NCBI RefSeq assembly: GCF_009914755.1
Contig: NC_060938.1
Direction: 5' to 3' (one strand)
Source of the DNA: the human T2T-CHM13v2.0 reference genome, Homo sapiens
Length of the DNA: 64,000 nucleotides
Below are positions 38,177 through 50,396 of the stretch, piece by piece. Every line of letters begins with the position of its first letter. Position 1 is the first letter of the stretch. The position numbers and the translations under genes are program-made. Below the pieces are notes generated by a model. That model searched no databases, was not told the origin of the DNA, and saw only the letters and a program-made list of their open reading frames with translations.

Positions 38177-41100
38177 TTTTAAAAAATTGAGCTAAATTGT
38201 ATGTAACATAAAGTGTACCATCTTAACCATTTTAAAATATACAGTTAAGTGGCATTAAATACATTTCTAGTGTTGTGCAACCATCATTGCTATTCATCTC
38301 TGTAACTCTTTTCATCTTGTAAAACTGATATTCTATCTATTAAACAGCAACTTCCTTTTCTTCCCTCTCCCCAGCCCCTGGCAATCAGCATTCTACTTTC
38401 TGTCTTTATGATTTTGGCTGCTGTAACTTCCTTGTGTAAATGAAATCATACAATATTTGTCTTTTAATGACTGGTTTATTTCACTTAGCATAATGTCCTC
38501 AAGTTTTATTCATGTTGTAGCATATGTCAGAATTTTCTTTCTTAAGGAAATATTATCATTGTATGTATATACTATGAGTAATAATTCTGAATTATATTGA
38601 ATACTAATAATTATAAATAATATTTTTGAATAATATTTACTTGTATGTATATACCACATTTTGCTTATTCATTTATATGTCAATGGACATCGGTTGCTTC
38701 CATATTTTTGTTATTGTGAATAATACCACTGTGAGCATGGCAGTACAAGTATCTCTTGAAGACCCTCCTTTGAAATTTTTTAGATATTTACCTAGAAGTG
38801 AAATTGCTGGATCAAATGTTAACTGTATTTTTAATTTTTTGAAGAACTCTTATACTGTTTTCTATAGTGCTATACTATTAATATTTTACATTCTTAGCAA
38901 TAGTGCACAAGAGTTCCAATTTCTTCATATCTTTACCAACACTGGTTATTTTGTTGTTGTTTTCTTTTTTGGTAGTAGCTATCTTCATGGGTTGGAAGTG
39001 GTAGCTCATAGCTTTGATTTGTGTTTTCCTATTAGTGATATTGACCATCTTTCCATGTGCTTTTTGGACATTTGTGTATTTTCTTTAGAGAAATGTCTAT
39101 TCCAAGTTTTTTGCCTGTTGTTTAATATGGTTGTTTTTTGTTGTTGAGATTTAGGAGTTCTCCATACATTCTAGAGAGTCATCATGTATCAACCATATAA
39201 TTTGCAAATATTTTCTTTTATTCTGTGGGTGGCCTTTTTACTCTGTTTTGGTAGTGTGTTCTGATAGGCAAAATTTTTAATTTTCACGAAGTTCAGCTTG
39301 TCCATTTTTTCTTTAGTTGCCTGTACGTTTGGTGTCATATCCAAGATCCAAGAAATTATTGCTAAATCCGATGTCATGAATCTTTTACCCTTTGTTTTTT
39401 CCTACGAGTTTTACAGTTTTAGGTCTTACATGTAGGTCTTTGATCCATTTTGAGTTAATATCTGTATATGGTGTTAGGTAAGGGTCTGACTTCATTTTAT
39501 TTTTTGTATGTGAATATTCAATTTTCCCAGCACCATTTGTTGAAAAGCTTGTCTTTTCCCCATTGAACGCTATCAGTACCCTTCTAAAAAATTTGACCAT
39601 ACGTGAAAGAGTTTATTTTTCTGCACTCTACTCTCTTAATTCATCTATATATCTGTCTTTGGCACCATCCTGTTTTTATTACAGTAGCTTTGTATTAAGT
39701 TTTGAAATCAGGAAGTGTGAGTCCTCCAGATATATTCTTCTTTAATGGTGTCTTTTGCAGACGTAGAAAAACTCGTTCTAAAATTCAAATGGAACCAAGA
39801 TTGTTTTGTCTATTTGGGGTCCCATGAGATTTTATGTCAATTTTAGGATGGGTTTTCCTTTGAACAACATTGGAATTTTGGTAAAGATTACATTAAATCT
39901 ATATTTTGCCATTTACTTTTGATTTTAGTAATTTGAGTCTTTTCTCTTTTTTCCTTAGTCCATCCAGGTAAAAGTTGGTCGATTTTGCTGGTCTTTCAAA
40001 GAACAAACTTATAGTTTCATTTATTTTCTCTATTGTTTTTCTATTCTCTATTTCATTTGTTCTCTGGTGTAATCTTGATTGTTTCCTTCTTTCTGCCAGC
40101 TTTAGTTTAGTTTGTTCTTCTTTTTCTAGTTTTTCAAGATGTAAAATTAGGTTGTTGGGCTGAGATCTTTCTTGCTTTTTAATGTGAAGATTTATAGCTG
40201 TACATTTCTCCTTATCATGATTTTCACTGTTTCCCATAAGTTGTTACAATGTGTTTTCTTTTTTATTCATCTCTATATATTTCCAATTTCCTTTGTGGTT
40301 TCCTCTTTGTTTTCCTTCGTTGTTTAGGAATGTGTTATTTAATTTTCACAAATCTGTGAATTTTCCAGTTTTACTTCTGTTATTGATTACTAATTTTATC
40401 CTGTTGTTGTTAGAGAAGACGTTTTCTATATCTCTCTTTTTCAATCTATTGAAACTTAATTTGTGGCCTAACAGAGGTATTGTCTACCCTGAAAAATGTT
40501 CCATGTGCATTTGAGAATAATATGTATAGTGTTGTTGGGTTGAGTGTTCTGTGTGTGTTTGTTAGATTTGGTTGGTTTATTGTGTTATTTAAGCCCTCTA
40601 TTTCCTTAATTATGTTTTATCTAGTTGTGCTATCCATTATTGAGAATGCTATATTCAAATCTCCAACTATTATTGTGGAACTGTCTATTCTGCTTTCAAT
40701 TCTATCAGTTTTTGCTTCATATGTTTGGATGGTCTGTTATTAGGTGCATACATGTATATAGTTGTTGTATGTTCTTTCTGTATTGAACCTTTTATTAATA
40801 GAATAAGATCCTTCTTTATCTCTTGCAATCTTTTTTGATTTAAAGTCTTTTTACTGTTAATATAGCCACCCCTGCTCTCTTTTGGTTACTATTTGTCATT
40901 TTTTCACTTTCAACCTATTTTGATTTTGGATCAAAAGTGAGTCTTTTGTAGATAGCATGTCATTGGACCATGTGCTTTTATTTATTCTTCCAATCTCTTT
41001 CTTTTGAGTCAACAGTTTAATCCATTTATATTTAAAGTGATTACTGAAAAAGAGGAACTTCTGTCATTTTGCTATTTTTTAAATAGGTATTATAGCTTAT

Positions 41101-41370
41101 TTTTCTTCATTTTCTGCATTACGGTTTTATTTTGTGTTTAGCTGATTTTATAATAAGACATTATATTCCTTTCTCATTTCCTTTTGTATATACTCTACAG
41201 CTATTTTCTTTGAGATTACTATAGGAATTACATTTATTTAACTTTATACCAGCTTAACTTCAGTAATACACAAAAATCTGCTATTTTTAACAAGTCTCTC
41301 CTAAATCCTTTTAGTTGTAGATGTCACAAAATTGCATCCTTGTACATTAAATACTCCAAATATAGGCTAC
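38177..41370 (-). mobile_element. L1MB-like element (3'UTR and deleted ORF2)
   Basis: accatcttaaccattttaaaatatacagttaagtggcattaa; ORF2-like ORFs ([23 protein letters not shown]). Confidence 0.8.
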
Positions 41371-41374
41371 AAAT

Positions 41375-43108
41375 TTTAAATTTAATTTTTATTTTTTGAC
41401 AAAATATAATTGTATATAATTGCAGAGTACACAGTGATATTATATACTCAACACAGGGTGTGGGATTATTGAAAAAAGCAAATTAACATATGTATCACCT
41501 TAATTTTTATTTTATTTTATTTTTTCTTTCCACACTACACTGATGTATGTATCACCTTAAATACTTATCATTTATTCCTCCTAATTGCAACTTTTTGTCC
41601 TTTGACAAATCCCATTCTCCCAACTTCTCCAGCTCTAGAAATCACCATTCTACTCCCTGCTTCTGTGAGTTTGTTTTAGATTCCACCTGCAAGTAAGACA
41701 TGTTCATTTCTCTTTCTATGGCTTCTTTCATGTAACATAATGTCCTCCAGGTTGATACATGTTGAAAAAGACAGAATTTCTTTTTTTCTAAGGCGAAATA
41801 GCATTTTCTTCTGTAAATATATCACATTTTCCTTATATATTCACCCATTAATGAAATACTGATACAACTTTTACATGATGAAATGGGATCTAGTTTTTTG
41901 TTTGTTTGCTTTGCACACAAATATCCAATTTTTCTAGCACTATTTATTGAAGAGATTATTCTTTTCCCAATATATATTCTTGGTGCAATTGCTGAAAATG
42001 AGTTGACTGTAAATGGATGGATTTATTTCTGGGTTTTATATTCTCGTCCATTGGTCTTTTATGCTAATATCATGCTATTTCGGTTCCTATAGCCTGGTAA
42101 TATTATTTGAAATCAGGTAATGTGAATGCTTCCAGCTTTGTTCTTTTGGCTTGGTATTGATTTGGCTAATAGTAGTCTTTCGTGTTTTCATATAAATTTT
42201 AAAATTGTTTTTTCTATTTCTGTGAAGAGTGTCTTTGGTATTTTAATAGAAATTGCATTGAATCTGTAGATTATGTTGGGTAGTATGGTCATTTTAACAA
42301 TATGGATTCTTCCAATCCTTGAATATGGATATCTTTCTATTTATTTCTGTCCTCTTCAATTTTTTTTAAATCAATGTTTGATAGTTTTCTCTGGAGAAAT
42401 ATTTCACTTCTATGGTTAAATTTATTCCTAGGTATTTTTTTCTTGTCTATTATACATGGGATTACTATCTTGGATTCTTTTTCAGATTGTTTGCTGTTGA
42501 TATATGTAAATGCTCCTGATTTTTGTTTGTTGCTTTCTGATCCTGCAACTTTCTTTACTGCGTTTCTTGAAACAAATGAAAATAGAAACACAACATACAA
42601 ACACCTGCATAATAGAACAAAAGCAGTACTGAGAGGGAATTTTATAGCAATAAATGCCTATATCAAAAAAGTAGAAAGATTTCAAGTCAATAACCTAATG
42701 ATACATCTTGAAAACTAGAAAAGTAAGGACAAACTGAACGTGAAATTAGTAGAAGAAAAGAAATAATGAAGATAACAGCAGAAATACATAAAATTGAGAC
42801 TAAAAATAAAAAATAACACAATGAAAAGTTAGTTTTCTGAAAAGATAAACAAAATCAACAAAACTTTAGCCAGATTAAGAAAAAGGAGAGAAGACCCAAA
42901 TAAATAAAATCAGAGGCAAAAAAGGAGATGTTACAATGATACCACAGAAATTAAATGAATTTATTAAATGCTACTATAAACAACTATATGTTGATCATTT
43001 GGAAAACCTAGAAATAGATAAATTCCTAGACAGATGAAATGTAAGATTGAATCATGAAGAAATAGAAAACTATGATAGATTAAGAATAAATTATGAAGTA
43101 GAAGCAGC
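41375..43108 (-). mobile_element. L1MA-like fragments: minus-strand 3' part (to ~42560) then a plus-strand ORF2 segment (42563-43108)
   Basis: Strand switch at ...gcaactttctttactg|cg|tttcttgaaacaaatgaaaat; ORF 42374..42718 ends FLETNENRNTTY...KAVLRGNFIAINAYIKK. Confidence 0.7.
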
Positions 43109-44604
43109 ATTGAAACTGGTTTTATGGCCTAGCATATGGTCCATCTGGAGGTTGTTCCATGTGCACTTGAGAGGAATATATATATTTTGCTGTTGGTAGG
43201 TGAGTGTCCTATACACATTTATTAGGTATTGTTGGTTTAACATTTTGTTCAAGTCTTCTATTTCCTTGTTGGTCTTCTGCCAATTGCTCTATCCATTACT
43301 GAGAAAGAGGTTTTGAATTCTCCAGCTGTTACTGTTAAATTGTATATTTCTTCCATCAATTGCATTAGTTATTGCTTCGTGTATTTGGGTGTTCTGTTAT
43401 TAGGCTCAAATGTTTATAATTATTATGTCTTCCTGATGGCGTGACCTTATTGTCATTAAAAATTTCTTTATTAAGCATTTTTGTGTTAAAGTGTATTTTG
43501 CCTAATGTTAGTATAGTGACTCTATTTCTGTTGGTAGCTGTTTGCATAATATATTTTTTCAATATTTTTACCTTAATTCCTTTAGTGTCTTTGAATCTAA
43601 AGTGTTTATTTTATTTAAAAGCATGTAATTGGATCATATTCTTTCATTCTCTTTTACTTATCTCATTCATGATTGACAGGTATTTCTGCCTATCTCTGTC
43701 ATTTGCCTGGAGGTCATTTAAGTTTAATGTTACTACTGATGAAATCACATTTGCATCTGCTGTTTTGTTTTGTGTTTTCTTTTAAAAAAATTTATTTTAG
43801 GTTCAAGGGTATGTGTGCATATTTGTTATGTATATATAAATTGCATATCATGGGGGTTTGATGCACAGGTTATTTCATCACCCAGATAATAAACACAGAA
43901 CCTGATAGGTAATTTTTAAATCCTCATCCTCCTCCCATTTTTCACCCTCAAGTAGGCCCCAGTGTATGTTGTTTTATTCTTTGGGTTCATGTGTTCTCAA
44001 CGATTAGCTCTCACTTATAAGTGACAACAGGTAGTATTTGGTTTTCTGTTCCTGTGTTAGTTCACATAGGACCTCCAGTTCCATCCATGTTGTTGAAAAA
44101 GACATGACCTCACTATTTCTTATGGCTGCATGGTATTTCATGTGTATATGTGCTACATTTTCTTTATCCAGTCTACCATTGATGGCCATTTAGGTTGATT
44201 CCATATCTTTGCTAATGTGCTTCAGGGAACATATGTGTACATGTGTATTTATGGTAAAACTATATTCCTTTGGGTATATACCAAATACTGGAATTGCTGG
44301 GTCGAATGGTAATTCTGTTTTAAGTTCTTTGATATATCATTACACTGGTTTCCACAATGACTGAACTAATTTACAGTTCCACCCTTCCTGAATTTGAATG
44401 TTAGCTGCTCTAGTGAGGTTGAGGACATTTTTCCCAGATGATATCCTCACATACCTTTTCTACGTTGCTAGATTTCTGCCCCTCTCTCAGAGATGTCAAT
44501 GAGTCATGGATTTGGTCTTTTTACATAATTCCATATTTCTTAGATGTTTTGATTATTATTATTATTTTTTGAGACGGAATTTTGCTCTGTCACCAGGCTC
44601 GCTC

Positions 44605-44704
44605 TTTCTTTCTTTCTCTTTCTTTCTTTTTTTTCTTTCTTTTTCTTTCTTTCCCTTCCTTCCTTCCTTCCTTCCTTCCTTCCTTCCTTCCTTCCTTCCT
44701 TCCT

Positions 44705-44765
<61 letters not shown>

Positions 44766-44834
44766 TCTCTTTCTTTCTCTCTTTCTCCCTCTCTCTCACT
44801 TTCTCTCTCTCTCTTTTTCTTTTTTTTTTTTTTT
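44605..44834. repeat. Polypyrimidine (CTTT)n/(CCTT)n/(CT)n tract
   Basis: Seen directly. Confidence 0.95.
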
Positions 44835-45111
44835 GACGGAGTCTCGCTCTGTCACCAGGCTGGAGTGCAGTGGCGCAATCTCGGCTCACCACAACCTCTG
44901 CTTCCTGGGTTCAAGCGATTTTCCTGCCTCAGCCTCCTGAGGAGCTGGGACTACAGGCATGCACCACCACACCCAGCTCATTTTTGTATTTTTAGTAGAG
45001 ACAGGGTTTCACCATGTTGGCCAGGATGGTCTCCATCTCCTGACCTTGTGATCCACCTGCCTCGGCCCCTGAAAGTCCTGGGATTACAGGCATGAGCCAC
45101 CGCTCCCAGCT
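44835..45111 (-). mobile_element. AluSc-like
   Basis: ctctgtcaccaggctgg and ggccaggatggtctc diagnostics. Confidence 0.9.
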
Positions 45112-46883
45112 GGTTGTTCAATTTCTGTGTAGTTGTGTGGTTTGAATGAATTTCTTAATGTTGAGTTCTAATTTGATTGCACTGTGGTCTGAGAAACTGT
45201 TATGATTTCAGTTATTTTGCATTTGCTGAGGAGTGTTTTACTTTCAATTATGTGATCTATTTTAGAGTAAGTGCCATGTGGCAATGAGAAGAATGTATAT
45301 TCTGTTGTTTGGGGTGGAGAGTTCTGTAGATATGTATCAGGTCCATTTGATTCAGTGCTGAGTTCAGTTCCTGAATATCTTTATTAATTTTCTGCCTCAA
45401 TGATCTGTCTAATATTGTCACTGGGGTGTTAAATTTTCCTGCTATTATTGTGTGGGAGTCTAAGTCTCTTTGAAGGTCTCTAAAAATTTGCTTTATGAAT
45501 CTGGGTGCTACTGTGTTGGATACACATATATTTAGGATCCTTAGATCTTCTTGTTGAATTGAACCCTCTACCATTATGTAATGGTCTTTTCTGTCTTTTA
45601 TGATCTTTGTTGGTTTAAAGTCTGTTTTGTCAGAAGCTAGGATTGCAACCCTTTCTTTTTTTCTGTTTTCCATTTGCTCGGTAGATTGTCCTCCATTTTT
45701 TTTAAATTTTTTATTTTGAGCCTATGTGTGTCACTGCATGTGAGATGAGTCTCTTGAAGACAGTGTACCAATGGGTCTTGGTACTTGATCCAACTTGCCA
45801 CTCTCTGTCTTTTAATTGGGACACTTAGCTCATTTACATTTAAAGCTAGTATTGATATGTGTGGTTTTGATCCTGTCATTGTGATTCTAGCTGGTGATTT
45901 TGCTTGTTTTTATGGTTGCTTCATAGTGTCGTTGGTCTGTGTACTTCAGTGTTTTTTTGTAGTGGCTGGTAATGGTCTTTCCTTTCCATATTTAGTGCCT
46001 CCTTTAGGAGCTTTTGTAAGGCAGTTCTGGTGGTAACAAGTTACCTCAGCATTTGCTTGTCTGAAAAGGATCTTATTTCTCCTTCGCTTATTGGGCTTAG
46101 TTTGGCCAGATATAAAATTCTGGTTTGGAATTCCTTTTTTTTTTTTTTTTAGTAGGTTGAATATTGGCCCTCAATCTCTTCTGGTTTGTACAGTTTCAGC
46201 TGAGAGGTCTGCTGTTAATCTGATGGCTTTCTTTTGTAGGTGACCTGGCCTTTCTCTCTAGATGCTTTTAACATTTTTTCTTTCATTTTGATCTTTGAGA
46301 ATCTGATGATTATGCATCTTTGGGATGATCTTCTCTTGGAGTATTTTACTGGGGTTCTCTGCATTTTCTGAATTTGAATGTGGGCCTCTCTAGAGAGGTT
46401 GAGAAAGTTATCATGGATGACATTTTGAAACGTTTTCCAAATTGGTTAAAGTTTTTGAGACTTGTTCTGTGGCCTAACATGTGGTCTATTCTGAAAAATG
46501 TTCTATATTTGATGAAAAGAATGTATATTCTGCACCAATTGAGTTAAATGTTCTGTAAATGTCAGTTAGGGTTATTTGGTCTAGTGTGTAGCCAAACTCA
46601 GATGTTTCTTTTCCTATTTCAGTTTGGATGATCTGTTCATTACTGAGAGTGAGGTGTTGAAGTCCCATACTATTATTATATTGCAGTCAGTTTCTCTCTT
46701 CAGACCTATTAATGTTTGCTTAATAAACTTAGTTGTTTTATGTTGGCTGCGTATATATTTATAATTGCCATATACTCTTGCTGTATTGAACTTGCTATCA
46801 GCATACTGTGATCTTCCTTGCCTATTTAACAGTATTCTAGTTTTGTAGTCTATTTTACCTCCTATGTTCTTGTTTTCTGGTGG

Positions 46884-47186
46884 TTTTTTTTTTTTTTTTT
46901 TCCGGAGGTTTGCTCTTGTTGCCCAGGCTGGAGTGCAATGGCATGATCTTGATCTTGGCTCACTGCAATCTCCGTCTCCTGGGTTCAAGTGATTCTTCTG
47001 CCTCAGCCTCCTGAGTAGCTGGGATTACAGGCATGTGCCAACATACCTGGCTAATTTTGTATTTTTGGTAGAGACTGGGTTTCTCCATGTTGGTCAGGCT
47101 GGTCTCAAACTCTTGACCTCAGGTGATCTGCCCTTCTTGGCTTCTGAAAGTGCTGGGATTACAGGCGTGAGCCACTGTACCCAGCC
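46884..47186 (-). mobile_element. AluSp/Sq-like
   Basis: gctcttgttgcccagg and ctccatgttggtcagg; TSD-like tctggtggt/tctggttgt. Confidence 0.9.
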
Positions 47187-49813
47187 TCTGGTTGTATTTT
47201 TGGCTCCTCTCTTCCTTTCTTTTTTCTTATTGTCTTCTTTTGTAGTTAAGTGATTTTCTCTTGTAGTATGTTTTAATTCATTGCTTTTTATTTCTAGTGT
47301 TATCTATTATACCTGTTATAGCATTTTGCTTTGTGATTACCATAATGTTTATGGAAAATATCTTATAGCTATAACAGGTTATTTAAAGTAATGATAACTT
47401 ATCTTTGATCACAAAAGAATAGAATAAAACAAAGGAAAAACTAAAAAAACTTTATATTTTAACTTCATCATCCCACATTTTGACTTTTTGTTTTTTTAAT
47501 TTACATCTTTTTATATTGCCTATCTCTTAATAGTGTGCAGCTATTATTGCTTTCAGTAGATTTGTCTTTTATTCCTCATGCTAGAAATATGAATGAATTA
47601 CACACCACAATAGAGTATTAGAATATTCTCAGTTTGTCTGTGAACTCAGTTTTACCAGTGGGTTTTATACTTTCAAAATTTTTTTTTCATGTTAGTGTTT
47701 TTTCTTTTAGATTGAAGGACTCCCTTTAGCATTTTTTGTAAGACAGGTCTAGTGGTGATAAATTGTCTCAGCTTTTGTTTGCTTATTTATTTCTCATGTG
47801 TCAAGGTAGCTTTTGTACAGCATACTCGGCAGTTGTTTTTTTTTTTCTGTCAACACTTTGAATATGTCTTCTCACTCTCTCCTGGCCTGAAGGGTTTCCA
47901 TTGAGAAGTTTGTTGCCAGACTAATTAGAGTTCTTTATATGATTATTTGCCTATTTTTATCTTGCTGCTTTTAGGACCCTCTCTTCGTTCTTCACTTTGA
48001 TTGTTTAGTTATTATATGCCTTTGGATCACCTTATTTGGGTTGTATCTGTTTGATGATCTCTGACCTTCCTGCACCTGGATATTTATATTTTTATCAAGT
48101 TTTGGAAAGTTTTCTGTTATTATTTCTTTGAATATTTTTTCTACTCCTTGCTCTTTTTCAACTCCCTTTTTAACACTGATAGTTCTTAGATTCACTCTTT
48201 TGAGGTAATGTTCTTATAAGATTCTTATATTGTGTAGGCATTCTTCATTCTTTTTTCTCCTATCACTGTGTATTTTCAAATAGTCTGTGTTTGAGCTCAA
48301 TCATTCTTTTCTCTGCTAATCCATTCTGCTATTGAGAACCTCTAGTGCATTTTTTTTTTTTTACTTCAGAAAATGTATTTATCAGTTCCAGGATTTCTAT
48401 TTTCTTTTGTAAAAATTTTGATCTTTTGTTAAATTTATCAGATAAAGTTTTGAATGCTTGACTGTGTTTCTTGGGGCTTTCTGAGTTTCCTTAAAACATC
48501 TATTTTGAGCTCTTAATCAGAGAGCTCACACATTGCCATCTCTTTAGGGTCAGTCACTGGCTTCTTGCTTCGTGTGTATGGGGAAGTCATGGTTCTGTTG
48601 GTGTTGTTTCTCGTAGATGCATGGATGTGTGTTTGCGTTGGAGGATTAGTTATTTATTCCAATTTTCTCTGTCTTGTTTGGTTTCCTTGGATATGTTTAC
48701 TTAGAAATTCTTTGGAACATAGCTGTTGAATTATTTCATGCTAGATCACTGCCTCTTTTTGGGCACAAGATAGCACATTAAACCAAGGTTTGCCTTGGCA
48801 TTAGCAAATGTTCAGAGCACTGCTTGTCCCAGATGGGAGAGATCCCAAAGTGATCCCAGGCTATGTGGGAAGGCTGGCTAGGGGCTTGTGCCCAGGGGAT
48901 TCATGGAATGTACTTCCTACAGCATAGGGCTGCTAAACAGCCACTCTGATATGGCATCTCCTTTGTCTGAGAAAGACAGCAGAATTTTAAGGGCTGTGGA
49001 TGATATTCTCACTACTCTCATTTGTCTCTGGCTACCTTTGGGGGATTTTCTCTCTTCAGGCACATGTGATGCTTCTCCTAGGTTGAGGCAGAAACAATTA
49101 TCCATCACCTTGGAGTTTCTTCACTTCTCTGTAGCCCTAGGAACTGGCTCATCCTCAGATTTGAGTTGAGGGTTATTGCCAGTGATAATCTTGGTGTGTA
49201 GATATTTGTTTTGTTTTTTGGGGGGTTGGTGTGAAGCCAGCTTGTGTTTAGTCTGCAATTTTGGTGATGCCACTCTCATCTATTTTTTAATTTTTACTTT
49301 AATTGTCTCTAATTTTTGTTGACTATGTATATGCATTTTTGTTTTCTTTTTATCTGGTTGCTTTTAGGTGAATTCTAGGAGATGAAGGGAGAAGTTCTAT
49401 ATTTACTCTGCCTTTTAAAATTAGATGGGTTCCATGCCTGATATGAATGAACTGCCTCTGTTTGAAATCTCTGATGAATGGGAAGGCCAAGTGGTCATAT
49501 TTTGCCACGTATTTCTCCTGATCATAACTGGTTAGATCTGGAAAGAACCACTTTCCCAAGGGAAACGAATCAACTAGAACTTGCAGAGCCAATCAGATTT
49601 CCTTTCATCTACCCCAGAATTTAACTACGAATTTGTAATAAGTTTGTCACAGGCACTTGGGATAAAAGTCATAGAGAAATTCAATTGGGTTGGCCATATT
49701 GAGTTCTAACTCAGATAAGTAACTGAAAGAAAGAGAATATTAGGACTAGAGCAAAGTGGAAGAGCAGTGACAAAAAGAAGCAGAGATAATCTCTACTCCC
49801 TTTTTGTTTCAAC

Positions 49814-50375
49814 TGAGAGAAGAGAAAGGAAAAAACCGGTCAGGCAGGCAGTTAGGGTGGGTCCTTGCTTGAATTCTTTCAAACAAAAGAACAGCCTGAA
49901 AACTCAAGCTGCAGGTACAGATAAGGGACTTGCACAGGGGAGCTTGCCTAGGACATGCCTACAGCTGTACAGATAAGAAAGGCTACACAGGTGACTTGCC
50001 AAGACATGCCCACAATGGAAAATTCCATCCCCTAACACAGGTGCAGTAAGGAGAAGAAAGCAATATGAAGTAACTCAAGCTAAGGGTCAGCATGTGCACT
50101 AGGAGGATGGGATGGAGCTAGCAGAAATTTATAGCTTATGCAAATGAAATGCTCAGCCCCCATCATTATCTTATAAAACCTTACATAAAAATGGCAATTC
50201 TCTTCCAGGCCCTTTATATGCAGTGGAGAGCCTTCTTCTTTCACTTAGTAAACTTTCACTCCAACCCCACCCTTGTTTCCACACTCCTTAATTCTCTAGG
50301 TCATGAGACAAAGAACTCTGGGTGATACCTCACAATGAGACTGCTACATTGTGGTGCATTGGTAAGACTGTAACA
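49814..50375 (+). promoter_or_regulatory. 5' LTR (LTR9-like) with p53-type sites, octamer and TATA
   Basis: gagcttgcct-a-ggacatgcct at 49940-49960; atgcaaat at 50138-50145; tataaaa near 50172. Confidence 0.8.
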
Positions 50376-50378
50376 TTT

Positions 50379-50396
50379 TGGTGTATTGTCTGAGAA
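50379..50396 (+). other. Degenerate primer-binding site, tRNA-Gly-like
   Basis: tggtgtattgtctgagaa matches TGGTGCATTGGCCGGGAA (complement of the tRNA-Gly 3' end) at 14/18, 3 nt after the LTR end. Confidence 0.6.

Larger units (their letters stand above)
43109..49300 (-). mobile_element. Mosaic of old L1M ORF2/ORF1/5' regions with nested L1PA13-16-like pieces and Alus
   Basis: L1PA-type 3' end 43785-44383; ORF2 start MTGSKPHISILALNVN (45637..45879); ORF1-like ORF 47992..48195 (IFKEIITENFPKL). Confidence 0.7.

Noticed and set aside
38626-39147. 173-aa hydrophobic ORF
   Set aside because: Antisense read-through of the T-rich strand of an L1MB 3' region
44506-44940. Hydrophobic FLPS/FFLS ORFs and the reverse KERK ORF
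   Set aside because: Translations of the (CTTT)n/(CCTT)n microsatellite
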